A stretch of DNA of 64,000 nucleotides from Gracilinanus agilis (GCF_016433145.1 NC_058134.1:218425550-218489549), one strand, 5' to 3'. Shown: positions 46,480 through 58,444, counted from the stretch's first letter. Notes: generated from the letters alone by a model not told the origin. Made by a program: numbers and translations.

Positions 46480-46760
46480 TTTGGTTCTAGGCATCCAACC
46501 AGTTCGGAAACCATCCAACCATAGTGCTGTCCAATCCACATCATTCCATCTTGTCCCCAGGAACGTCCTGAGGCACTTTGTCAAACGCCTTGCTGAAGCC
46601 CTTGTATATACTATGTCTATGGCATTTTAGATCTACCAGGCTAGTAACCCTGTCAAAAAAAATGGAAATGGGGTTAGACCAAATGTCTTGGGGCTAGATG
46701 AACCCGTTTGCTGACTCCTGTGATCATCACTAGCCCTTTTTAATTGCTCAAAAATCCTCC
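46480..46760 (-). mobile_element. L3/CR1 RT fragment (N-terminal RT motifs)
   Basis: Minus frame GFSKAFDKVPQDVPGDKME*CGLDSTMVGWFPNWL matches CR1 DFSKAFDKVSHDIL..KMEKCGLD..VRWI.NWL. Confidence 0.88.
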
Positions 46761-47649
46761 CTTTAAATAATATATTCTTTTTTTAAAAAAACCTTGACTT
46801 CTGTTTTAGAATCAATACCAAGTGTTAGTTCCAAGGCAGAAAAGCAGTAAGGACAGGGCACTTAGAGATAGGTGACCTGCCCAGCTAACAAATTTCTGAG
46901 GTCCAGATTCTGCTCTTTATCCACTGAGCCACCTGGCTGCCCCACCCCTAGGCAGCCTTCTAAGGGCACAAGTTACAGGGCAGGTGTCAATCTTCATTGG
47001 GAGAGGGGGTTCCTTGCCGGAAGTCCCCTCTACCCATGAAACCACAAATGTACACCCCAGACCCCAAATTGTGTGCTTGTGCCTCATGTCCTTAGTGAGA
47101 ATGAAAGCTTCTTGAGGAGGGGGACCCTGTCTTACATTCTACCTTGTTTTCTATAAATGTCTGTTAATTGACTGAAAGAAGTATTGAGGTTGGATTGGTA
47201 AGAGAAATGGAAAAGGTGAAGGAGAAAGAATGTGAGAGAAAAAGATACAATTTACATAGAAGTTTCTTTAAAAGGATATTGTGAATAATAGGACATGGGA
47301 GTGAAGGATATTGATTTGGGGTGGGAGGTTTCTTAGTCCTTTGATGTTATGGTCAGGACTTGCAGTAAAGGGATCTGGATTCAAATCTCACCTTTGCTAC
47401 TGTCTATCTGTGACCTTGGGCAAGTCACTTCTGCTCTTTTCGTTTCTGTTTCCTGGTCTGTAAAATGAGGCAGTTGAACTAAATAATTTCTATAGGTGCT
47501 TCCAGCTTGGAATATTTGTGTTTTATCTGTCTGGACCTTCAGCTTTATCAGTGTAGGGAACCCCCTCTTCAATCATCTCCACCTTTGAAGGCCAGAAACT
47601 CAGCCAAGACTAAATAGCCTTAGTTGTCAGGAGTACTGAGAGGTTAAAG

Positions 47650-47800
47650 GAAGGCTAGATGGAGCAGTGAATAGAGCCTGGCCTGGAGTCAGGAAGACTT
47701 GAGTTCAAATCTGGTGTCTGACACTTACAAGTTGTGTGACCCTAAGTAAGTCACTTCATCCTGTTTGCCTCAGTTTCCTCCTCTAATAAAATGAGCTGGA
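47650..47800 (+). mobile_element. MAR1-type SINE, tail truncated
   Basis: ggctagatggagcagtgaatagagcc..ggagtcaggaagacttgagttcaaat..gagctggagaaggagatggcc. Confidence 0.85.
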
Positions 47801-48275
47801 GAAGGAGATGGCCAGTCCTCCCCCTGTGCCCTCCACTAGTGTGTCTTTTTCCCTGAATGAGCCATCTAGAGAAGTAGTGAGCTTCCCATTGCTTCAGAGG
47901 AGGCTTTTCAAGCAGCCGCAGAAGGAGTTCTCGTCCGAGCCCCAAGGAAGAGATGCCACGTGGGGAGGCAGGACTAACCTCCAGCTCCAGGATACAGCAG
48001 GAATGGTTTGTGCTGACGAGACAACCAAAATGGGAGAATGCAGAGAAATGGACACCGCCTCCTCGGAACTAGGATGCCACGTTCCCGTCAGTCTGAAAGG
48101 AGGCATAATCCTCTGGAACATTAGATTACAGCCTTCTGAAGAGTGTACAGAATTGGACGCGTTATTTTGATTTGATTAAATGCTTGTTTTAGAGACTCTG
48201 TCTTTTGGTTTGCTTTCCATCCTATTGCCTCTTCAATCATTGTCAGATTCTATCTGAAGAGCCGCCCAGAATGAT

Positions 48276-48880
48276 GGAGTGTCCGAGGGGGAGGGGCCTT
48301 AGGGCAGGAAGTGTTAGGGGGAGGGGCTTTAGGGCAAGAAGTGTCAGGGGAGGGGCCTTAGGACAGGGAGTNNNNNNNNNNNNNNNNNNNNNNNNNNNNN
48401 NNNNNNNNNNNNNNNNNNNNNNNNNNNNNNNNNNNNNNNNNNNNNNNNNNNNNNNNNNNNNNNNNNNNNNNNNNNNNNNNNNNNNNNNNNNNNNNNNNNN
48501 NNNNNNNNNNNNNNNNNNNNNNNNNNNNNNNNNNNNNNNNNNNNNNNNNNNNNNNNNNNNNNNNNNNNNNNNNNNNNNNNNNNNNNNNNNNNNNNNNNNN
48601 NNNNNNNNNNNNNNNNNNNNNNNNNNNNNNNNNNNNNNNNNNNNNNNNNNNNNNNNNNNNNNNNNNNNNNNNNNNNNNNNNNNNGGGGGAGGGGCCTTAG
48701 GGCAGGGAGTGTCTGAGGGGGAGGGGCCTTAGGGCAGGGAGTGTCCGGGGGAGGGGCCTTAGGGCAGGGAGTGTCTGAGGGGGAGGGGCTTTAGGACAGG
48801 GAGTGTCAGGGGAGGGGCCTTAGTGCACGGAGTGTCTGAGGGGGAGGGGCCTTAGGGCAGGAAGTGTCAGAAGGGGAGGG
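48276..48880 (+). repeat. G-rich minisatellite, 30-32 bp unit, spanning an assembly gap (N 48372-48684)
   Basis: Consensus GGGGGAGGGGCCTTAGGGCAGGGAGTGTC(TG)A; 9 units visible (3 before the gap, the third truncated by it, and 6 after). Confidence 0.95.
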
Positions 48881-48909
48881 AAAACTTAAAATAGAGAGTA
48901 TCAGAACTT

Positions 48910-49160
48910 TTTGTTGTTCAGTTGTTTTCAATCACATCTGACTCTTTGTGACCCAATTTGAAGTTTTCTTGGCAAAGATACTGCCATGGTTTGTCATCTC
49001 CCTCTCCAGCTCATTTTACAGATGAGGAAACTGAGACAAAACAGCGTTAGGTGACCTGTCCAGGGTCACTCGGCCAGTGTCAGAGGTCAGATTAGAACTC
49101 AAGGAGATGAGTCTTAAGAACTCCTGCCCTGGCACTCTGTCCACTGCATCATCTAGTTTC
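48910..49160 (-). mobile_element. MAR1-type SINE
   Basis: ttgttgttcagttgttttcaatcacatctgactctttgtgaccc..cttggcaaagatactg. Confidence 0.9.
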
Positions 49161-51163
49161 CCTGTCAGAAGTAAGGGTAACTTGGACTCCAAACCCCCTC
49201 ATTTTACAGATGGGGAAACTGAGGTCCACCAAAGAAAAATACCTGGCCTTCCTTTCTTTCTTTTGTCGTGTTTATTCGCAGACTCTCATAGCTGAAGCAG
49301 ATCTCAGAGATTCTCTCATTCTCTTTTCTTCAGATTTGTTATATTCTTAGATTGACTGAATGACAAAGTAGTTAGAAATCTAACCTGGAGTCAGAAATAC
49401 CAGAATTCAAATTTGATCTCAGATACTTACTGGCTGTTTGACCTTAGACAAGTCATTTAATCTCTTTTGCCTCAGTTTTCCCATTGGATATTGGGGATAA
49501 GAATAGCACTTACTTGCCAGGATTGTTGTGAGGATCAAACAAGAACATATTTGTAAAGTGCCTGGTGCATAGTAGGCACCATATAAACACTAGTGCTTAT
49601 TCCTCGGTTTCTTATTGTTTCCGTTGCTGTTTTCGTGAAATGTTCCAACACTGTATTTTAAGCTGCCAAAATTTTCTCTGTTTTCTCCCATATTTTTCCT
49701 TTGCCACATTCTTTCTCCGTCACCCATTTTGTCCTTTTATTCTGTTTCCATCTGTTTACCTCAACTAGTAAATCCCTTCCGTTGCATTTATGCTTTCTAG
49801 AATTTGAATTCCTTCCTTGTTACCTCTGTCTCTTTATGTGCGTACACTTGCCCATCTCACCATCCCAGTTTAGCCATTAACTCACTATATATCCAAGGAC
49901 AAGTCAGTTAGCCCCTTCGAACCTCTCTTTCCTCAACTAAAAAATGAAGGAGTTGGACTAGACTGCCCCCATGGTCCCTTCTAGCCAGGGCAGGCAGCCC
50001 AAGCTTTGGAAATTCTCCTTTCTGGCCACAGACACAGTGACTTTCTGCTTCGCTACTGGAAGGGGTCATAGAGGCATAGGTCTCTAGACATTGAAATCAA
50101 TCCCTTCATTTTAAATGAGGAAACTGAGGCAGAGAGACCTTTTGAGTGACTTGCCTGAGGTCACACAGGTAGGATGTGTCAGAGCCAGGATATGAACCCA
50201 GCTCAGAGGATCCTAGGTCTAGTGCTTAAAGGGACCTCAGAAACCATCTAGCCTAACTCCTTCACTTTACAGATGAGGAAACTGAGACCCAGGGACATTG
50301 AATCCCCCCTCCCAAAAGTCCTGTGCTCATCGCTCTTTCTTCCTCTCTGGGGCTCCACCACCCGCTTCCATTTTTCCTTCCCTTTTTCTCTTCTTCTTTC
50401 TGTCAGTCTTCCTCGAACTGGGTTGTGCCTTCTTTCCTCCAGCCCAGAGCAGGATTCACTGTCAAACTACAGTTCCCAGAGGAGTGGGTTGTGATCATTT
50501 TATTTTTACAACGTCCTTGGATGTTACAAAGGTGTTTGTGCAGGGGAAAGTCTGCGTGTGCTGGGGGAGGGCAGAAGGGAAGGAGGGATGAAGGAGGGGA
50601 GGAGGGGTGCAGGCCAAAATAAATGGAGCTTTCAACTAATATAGGTCAGGCGCCAGGAAGAGTCCCCAGTGGTCCCTATGTAAAACAGGAGCACTTTGTC
50701 ATTTGGGGCCAGAGCTGGAGAAGATGGCAGCTGTGTCATTCTCCAGGACCCTTGGGCAGATGGACTAGACACAGAACCACTGGAAAGGGGAAAGGGCCTG
50801 TCTTAGAAAAGCTGCAGGCCTGCCCTAGGGGCTGAGAACCTTCCTAAACATACTGATGAATAGTATCCACTCCAATTCAATACTTTGCTCCTGTAGCCAG
50901 GCTACCTACCCCACATGTAGCATGGGGGTGCTGAGTGGCCAGAAGGGAGGCAGAGCAGACATCTCCAGTGCCTCCCTCCCTATTGCTTCTCCAAGGGAGA
51001 CTTTATTTCCTGTCAGGGTGAGAAGCAAGAGATTGGGGTCAGGAATCTGCTTGTCTCAGAAAGAGAGAACGCCGGACTAGAATTCTAGGTATCTTTGCCT
51101 TAAATATTGTTAGTGTAGGGGACGTGATTTTCAGGTTCAAACTAAACTGCTGATCACTGTTGA

Positions 51164-51600
51164 TTGTTAGGGAAAGGAGACCCCACGTTTTATATCCAAG
51201 ACTTGACTCTCCTTCCACAAAATACCAATTTCACAATGAACACACCTAGCAGTTGGCAAAGAAAAGCATTTATCCAAGTTGATAGCAAAAGGGATATCGG
51301 AGAAGGTATAGACAAGACAACATATGCCGCACAATACAGAGAAAAGGAAGTGTCCCATTGGGAGAGAGATAGAGAGCCCCAGATCTCACCCAAGAGGAAA
51401 CCCCTCCAAGTGTCTAGTGTGGCAAGCTGAGGAGAAGGACATGAATAGGACTGCTGGCTCGCCTTATGCTGGCTTCCTCTTATTTTCCCTTCGGCAGCCT
51501 GAAGCCGGGTCGTTATCATTTGTCTTTTCTTCCCAAATTGGAAGCCAGAAGCGACCAAAGTGGCTGCAGAACCTGAAGAAACTTGCTGACAAGTTCAAAG
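51164..51600 (-). mobile_element. Possible solo-LTR remnant
   Basis: Minus strand ends ...tttccctaaCA at 51164 with a polyA-signal-like gataaa about 105 nt inside; 5' boundary and TSD not found. Confidence 0.35.
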
Positions 51601-51779
51601 AGAGCAGAGCCGTCCCGTCCTCTCTCCCACTCCGGACAAGGCAGCCCTGCCGCTCATGCAGCTTCAGAGTGATGGTCGCCGCCAGTGAAGAGAGAGCCCC
51701 ACAGGCTCAGGATGACAGTCGTGTCACAGCCCTGAGAGAGAGGGAGTGCAAGGAGCGTTCTCTCAGTCTTACAGATGGG

Positions 51780-52090
51780 GAGCTGAGTGTCAGGGGAGCT
51801 GAGATGACTCGCTTAAAGCCATTTAACATTTCGATTCCATCTGGTTCCATCAGTCGTGAGGCGAGGTGGTGTGGCCCACTGGAAAGAACACTGACTAGAG
51901 GAGGGTGCTTAACCCCGGGCTTGTGAACTTGTATTTTTTTCCATTTTTGATCTGTGAACTTGTCTTTGATTCCTGGAAAAATTCTAGAACAAGTTATTAA
52001 TGGGAGGGCTAGTGGATATCTGAAAAGGAAGCAGCGATCACAAAGGGCTAGGATGATTTTGTCAAGAAGAGATGAGCTCCCCGGGCGAGC
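51780..52090 (+). mobile_element. L3/CR1 ORF2 fragment
   Basis: NLSLIPGKILEQVIN matches CR1 VSLTSIPGKILEQII. Confidence 0.8.
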
Positions 52091-52329
52091 ACGCCCTCTA
52101 CGCATGCAGAGAGCCACCCTCCAGGCCATTTCGGCATATGCAGAGCTTTTCCATGTCCCACAATAAGTCCTCCATAAAGGAAACATACTTCCTAGCGCCC
52201 TGGATAATGCAGCTAGTCAAAATAAGAACTGAGTTCCCAATTCAAAGGCAATGCTCGCTGCACCACTCCAGTAGCCTCCGAAGGGGAGGCCCAAGCCTGA
52301 TTCCAAGGGATCTAACATCATCCAAATGG

Positions 52330-52612
52330 AGGGTGACGAGGGACTTAAGAGAAAGATGCTCTCCACATCCAGAGAAAGAACTGTGGGAGCGGAAACACAG
52401 AAGAAAAACATGCGATTGATCGCATGGTTTGATGGATATATGACTAGGGTTTGGGCTTTAGAAGAACACTATTACAAACATGAATAATATAGAAAGAAGT
52501 TTTGAATAATGACATATGTATAACCCAGTGGACGCTGGGGAGGGAGAGAAGGAGGAAAAGAACATGAATCTTGTAACCATGGAAAAATATTCTAAATAAA
52601 TTTTTTTTAAAT
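52330..52612 (+). mobile_element. Marsupial L1 3' end
   Basis: ccacatccagagaaagaactgtgggagcggaaacacagaagaaaaac..gaacatgaatcttgtaaccatggaaaaat; reverse complement of the 13679-13950 copy. Confidence 0.88.
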
Positions 52613-53596
52613 GGGTTGAAAATATGGGCCACATTCTAACCTCTCCCCACTCACCCACAGTCAAATATAGGCTTTGTCTCAAATATAGATTTGTCTCAGG
52701 CAAGAGTTGATGTCAACCATTTAAATATATGAAAGAGACCATAGGTAGCATCCTGTGACCTGTCCTTACTCTCCAATGAGAACCATCTCACTCAAGAACA
52801 CAGATCACCCTCTCACTTATAGTGTTATCCTGTGGTTTAGATCTCCTATCCCAAAAGGATTGGTAAAAGTCAATTCTGGGCACATGCAAAAAAAAAAAAA
52901 GGTGTGGGTATGTATGAGAGACAGAGACAGAAAGACAGAGGTAGACGGACAGAAGAAGACAGAGAGACAGAGACAGGGAAGACAGAAAGGAGAGTAGAAA
53001 GTCATCATGGATCAATGGAAAGAATATTGACTTGAGTCAGAAGTCTTGGGTTTAAATCCTGGCTCTGCTATTTGCCATACATGTGACCTTGAGCAAAGCT
53101 CTCTCATCTCTCCAGACCTTGGTTTCCTGATCTATAAAATAAGAGAGTTATACTAATTGATACCTAAGGACCCTTCCAATTTTAAATCAATGACCCTATA
53201 ATTCTAAAATGATCAAAACTATAGCCCTGAATCTGAGGAATGTTAAGGATACAGGTCCCTTTGCATTCTAGAATCTTATTTCCTCCCTGATAAGCTCACA
53301 GCATCAGTGTTCCCAACTAATCTGGCTTCTGAGAGCTGGAAACATATACCCATTTTCATACTACTGACTGGAGATGACGAATGAGGCCAAAAATTCATTC
53401 TATACCTCAGGAAGCCCATCTCAGAAGGCTGAGTCAGTTCCTTGTGAGTTCACTTGATTACTCCTTGGATTTATGGAGTTCTATCAGGTTACTGGTCCAG
53501 CACTTGGGCCAAAATGTCATGCTACTGTCTTATAGTAGCTGTGTGGTTTGTTGGGAAGGTAATTGAAAATGGATATCAAATCTCCTTCCTATAGTA

Positions 53597-53802
53597 CAGT
53601 GATGGGCAACCTTTTGAACTTGGTGTGTCAAAATTTGCCAAAAAAACAAACATAACTCGAGTGGTGTCACTTCAAGAAAAAAACCCATAATTTCGCAATA
53701 TTTATAGTTTAAATAACATACTTCTTTGTATGTGGCTGTGTGTCATCAAAAATGGCTGTACATGTCAGTGCTGACATGTGTGTCCTAGGATTGCCATCAG
53801 GG
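53597..53802 (+). mobile_element. hAT MITE, family C (hAT1/nhAT1-like)
   Basis: Left TIR cagtgatgggcaacct, right aggattgccatcaggg; subterminal inverted repeat acatgtcag-tg-ctgacatgt (53760-53779); TSD degraded. Confidence 0.82.
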
Positions 53803-54119
53803 CTGAGTTGCTATGTTATAAGTCCCACCAGCTTGGAGGAGAAGAGGTCAACAAATGTAAGATTCAATGGGAAGCCAAGGAAGAACTGAGGATGAAGGGC
53901 TCCAAAAGATCATCAGGTCAAATTCCCACCTGAAGCAGTAAAGTCCTCAACAGAAGGTCTCTTCTTGAATATGTCCATTTATCAATTTATCAAATTATCA
54001 AAGCAGCTCTTTTCTTGGGGGGAAAAGGAAAATGGGAATAAGGGCTAGAAGAAATTCTGTCAAAGGAGGCACAGAAAGAGAACCCCTTGAATCTTCTCCT
54101 TTCTTGAAATGTCATTGAC

Positions 54120-54570
54120 TCCATCTTTAACTTAGCTGCAATTTCAGCATAAAATAAGGCATACTCATAAGAAATGAAAGAACAGTTTCATCAAAAGATG
54201 AGAAGATTTGTATGAATGGATGCAGAATGAAGTGCGCAGAACCAGAAGGACAATGAGGACAGCAAGAACAACACTGAAAATACAAAATTTTAAAAGACTT
54301 GGGAACTCTGATGAATGAAGTGATCAATCAGAATGCAGATGATGAAACATTCTACTCACCTTCTAAGAGAGAGAGAGAGAGATGATGGAATCAGGAAAGA
54401 GAATGAGGCGTGCATTTTTGGACATGGCAAGTGATGAAGAATTTTTTTTTGCTTGACTTTGCAGCACCTAACCTTGAAATACTCTTTATTCCTTTGAGAA
54501 GTTATATTTCCTCTATGCATCAAAATGGTGTTGCAAAATAAAACCAAACCAAACCCTCCCCCCAAAATTG
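54120..54570 (+). mobile_element. Older L1 3' region
   Basis: gatttgtatgaatggatgcagaatgaagtgcgcagaaccagaaggacaat is typical marsupial L1 3' sequence. Confidence 0.75.
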
Positions 54571-54749
54571 CTGTCACTTTTAGGCTGTGTGATCTGGGAG
54601 AAAGCTACTTCTTATGTCTCTAAGGCTCAGTTCCCTCATCTCTAAAATGGGAAGATTACAATCCCTGAATGATATCCTTTAAAGGATTACTGGGAGAAAA
54701 GTGCTCTGTAAATGTGAAAGAGCCAACCAGATATGAGCCCTTGTCATTT

Positions 54750-55090
54750 GGGGAGTATTTTTTGCAGTGTATTTTTATTCAAAGGTACTTTATTTTTCCA
54801 TTTACGTGCAATAATAATTTTCAACATACATTTTCCAAAATTATATAAACCAAACATTCTCCCTGCCTCCCTTCCTTCCTCCCTTGGAGATGGTAAGCAA
54901 TATGATCTGAGGCATATATGTAGTATCATGCAAAGCATACTTCCATATTGATCATTGTTGAAAGAATATACTCATACAGAACCAAAACCCCAAAGTAAAA
55001 TCATAATAAACTGATGTGAAAGATAGTATGCTTTGATCTGCATTGTCCCAATCCAAATTGTTCCACATCATTAATTGCTGAGAGTATTTT
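54750..55090 (-). mobile_element. Older L1 3' end
   Basis: ttttcaacatacattttccaaaattata..gatggtaagcaatatgatctg..agtatgctttgatctgcatt. Confidence 0.8.
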
Positions 55091-55395
55091 ACAATTGAGA
55101 AAGTTTTTTTCCTTTCAATAATCCTTCAAGTGATATAGATAGAGCACATAGAACAAGCTTCATTTTACAGATGAGAAACTGAAGTCCAGAGGAGTGGAAT
55201 GAATTGTCTACAGTCACAAGACTTAAAAAAAGGAACAACTGAGGGTATTTCCATAGCTCATTAAAATCTGCCAAGACTCCTGGGTACAATGATCTTGTTT
55301 GAGCTTCACAGCAAGACTCTGGGTTTAGTCCTGACCAGTTTTATAGGTGAAGCTAAGGGGCAGAGATGGTTCCATTACTTGCTCCAAGTCACGTG

Positions 55396-55600
55396 NNNNN
55401 NNNNNNNNNNNNNNNNNNNNNNNNNNNNNNNNNNNNNNNNNNNNNNNNNNNNNNNNNNNNNNNNNNNNNNNNNNNNNNNNNNNNNNNNNNNNNNNNNNNN
55501 NNNNNNNNNNNNNNNNNNNNNNNNNNNNNNNNNNNNNNNNNNNNNNNNNNNNNNNNNNNNNNNNNNNNNNNNNNNNNNNNNNNNNNNNNNNNNNNNNNNN
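55396..55600. other. Assembly gap (N run) next to CT-rich repeat
   Basis: 205 N. Confidence 0.99.
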
Positions 55601-56424
55601 CCTCTCTCTATCTCTATCTCTAGCTGTCTTCCTCTCTGTCTGTCTGTCTTTCTCTCCAGGGTCACCACTATTCTTGAAAAGGCACAGTCAGTATTATAAT
55701 GTGTTCATTCTAATCGCTCTGACCCTAAAACCCAATGATGCAAAGGCTTTTTAAAAAAACTTTAACAGATGCTACAGGGTTAAGATAGAGGACCCAAAAA
55801 GACCAAGGTGCTAAAGTCATTTAGGAAGTGGGAAATGAGGCATACCAATGCACTACTGGCAGAGCAGGGAAACAGATTTTCTGAAGCTGACTCCAATGTG
55901 TTTGACTGAAAAGAACAGGAAGAACTGCAGTTATTGAGGGTCAGACCATGAACCACCCAACGCAGTCTTTGGCCCAACAGCAAACATCCCCCTTTCCCAC
56001 TGGGCCTACTGTCCATGATATGATCAATTAGTGCCAAGTGTGGAGAGGAGGCTACAGGATGTGACAGGAACATCTGCTTGGCAGGAACTGAACCAAGACC
56101 TATCAACTTATTACCCAGGAGTCACCAAATAATGGCAGGGAGTGAAAGTCTTGGTGACAAAGTGAAGACTCCAAGATACCTTTCTGATGCTGGTAAGCAG
56201 TCAGATCCCTGGAAGAGAATGAAGGTAGAGGTTAGCTCAGGGAAAGAGCTAGATCCTCATCCAATAAGGAGAAATGAATCACAGGTGCAGAGATCTAGTG
56301 CTGGAAGGGATCCCTGCCACCCTTCATTTTACAAATGAAGAAGCTGAGCTCTAGAATGAAGAAAATGTCTTGCCTATGATTACACAGGTAGGTTTTCTTG
56401 ACTGCAAGACCAGTACTATCCAAA

Positions 56425-56622
56425 GGGGCAACTTGGTGGCTCAGTGGATTGAGAGCCAGACCTAGAGATGGGAGGTCCTGGGTTCAAATCAGACCTCGGA
56501 CTTTTCCTAGTTGTATGCCCCTGGACAAGTCACTTAACCTCCATTGCCTAGTCCTGACCACTCTTATGCCTTGGAACCAATACATAGTATTAATTCTAAG
56601 ACAGAAAGTAAGGGTTTAAAAA
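56425..56622 (+). mobile_element. SINE1_Mdo-type SINE
   Basis: ggggcaacttggtggctcagtggattgagagccagacc...gaaagtaagggtttaaaaaa. Confidence 0.92.
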
Positions 56623-56831
56623 ATACTCTATCCACAAAATCATTCATCAGTCAACAAAAATAGAATGTCGGAATACCTGTACAATAGCTTAAAATGAGAC
56701 CAATTTTTTCAATGCTTCATCAACCATAGAGTTCATTAGTAGTGCTCAGGGGTCTTAGGATCTATGTCTATGACTCCTGGCTCAGCTGGATTCTCAAAGA
56801 TAATGAAAGTTTGTAAATAAATTCCATGGTC

Positions 56832-57025
56832 AGGAGCAGCTAGGTGACTTAGCGAATTGAGAACCAGGCCTAGGAGTCCTGGGTTCAAATGTGGCCTCAG
56901 ACACTTCCTAGCTGTGTAACCCTGGGTAAGTCGCTTAACCCTTATTGCCTAGTCCTTACTGCTCTTCTGCCTTGGAACAAATACATAGTATTGGTTCTAA
57001 GATGGAAGGTGAGGGCTTAAAAATA
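56832..57025 (+). mobile_element. SINE1_Mdo-type SINE
   Basis: ggagcagctaggtgacttagcgaattgagaaccaggcc...gatggaaggtgagggcttaaaaat. Confidence 0.9.
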
Positions 57026-57299
57026 AATAAATTCAGTAGTTGGGTAACAGGTTTTCTTAGGAACTAATCCTGAGACATATACAATGGTATCTGGCCATAC
57101 AAAGAGTTTGGTTCTTATGTATGTTGGACTCACAAGCTATTAATCCTTGGGCACCTGAAGAACCAATCATGGAGCAGGAGAAAGAACACAAGACGGCTCT
57201 ACTCTGCATTAGATGTGAAGCCTTCCATAAAAGTCATCCTACCTCTTTGACCTTTGGTTTCCCTAGCCATAAAATGAAGCTGAGAGGCAGGACAGAGAT

Positions 57300-57480
57300 T
57301 TGGCCTTGGAGCCAAGAAGACCTCTGACACATACTGGCTGTGTGACCCCGAACAAGTCACCAGAACCCTCAGTGAGCCCATAAAAAAACTCTCTAAGACC
57401 ATAAGCTATAGGGCAGGTTCATTGATGGAAAAAGTTTTTCCCACTCCAGCATTCGCCACACTAATGAAATCCCATCCAGT
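57300..57480 (+). mobile_element. MdoRep1-type CORE-SINE (representative; similar tails near 3190, 37760, 46950, 57880, 61690)
   Basis: Tail ctctctaagaccataagctatagggcagg..cactaatgaaat, distinct from the SINE1 and MAR1 tails. Confidence 0.7.
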
Positions 57481-58444
57481 CCAAAGAGAAAGAAAGAATA
57501 TTTTCCATGTACATTTTCAAAATAATTAGGAGAATACTAGCATATCAAAGGCCATTTCATCCAATCTTCTCATTTTCTAGATGAGGACACTAGACTTGCC
57601 CAAGGCCACACAAAGGATAAACACAGGACCCTAACAGAGATTAGATACCTTCCAAAAGTAAAACTTTGAGGCACAAAATATGAAATTCCTGGGAAAAGTC
57701 AATGTAGCTCTCATTGGAGATCCATTGGTCATGGATTTCTCATTTTACAGATGAGAAACTAAAGGTTGTAAAGATGAAATGACTTGCCCCAGGTCATGTA
57801 GACAGTAAATGACAGAGGGACAGAGTGTAGATTGTTGGATATGAAAGTCAGGTGTCTGACATTTTAGCTATGTCATGAGTTTCAGGCAATTTTCAGATCA
57901 TAAGAGAGAGGATGAGTTACTATCTGACTTGGTGGAGGGAGTTACTACACTGGAGAGATCAAAAATCTCTTGATGATTCCTGTGGAACAAATGAGGTAAT
58001 ATTTCTCAAAGTGCTTTGAAACTGCTATTATATTAAAGTAAAGGAGTCATGGTTGGGAGGAGGGATATTCTGGAAGACCTCCAAGGTCTTTTCCAACTCT
58101 GAGATTATTCAACATCACCACTTTCTCTGTGCCTCAATGCCCCCAGATGTGTAAAGAGAATATGGAGTAATAAAAGAGTGATGTCAGGGTCAGAGGATTT
58201 TGGCCTTAATCCTAAGCAGGCTACTGACAAGCACTGGGTGCTTTGGAATGAAACTCATCCTCTCAGAGCCTCAGCTTACTCTTTTCTAAAATGGGGAGGT
58301 TTGAACTAATTGACTTCTAAGGTCCCTTACAAATCTACTTTCTTTGATCCTGATAGGGTTAAATGAAATGCCAAAGGTTCCTTCCAGCTATAAAAATCTA
58401 TGATGCTAACGACCAAGTACATGTGGACTCCTTTTGAGACATGG

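Noticed and set aside
48276-48880. CRISPR-like array
   Set aside because: Head-to-tail units with no unique spacers in a mammalian genome; it is a minisatellite
51324-51926. Longest non-IFT27 ORF (200 aa)
   Set aside because: It crosses an LTR-like segment and L3 remnants, has no recognisable domain and shows no splice or promoter support
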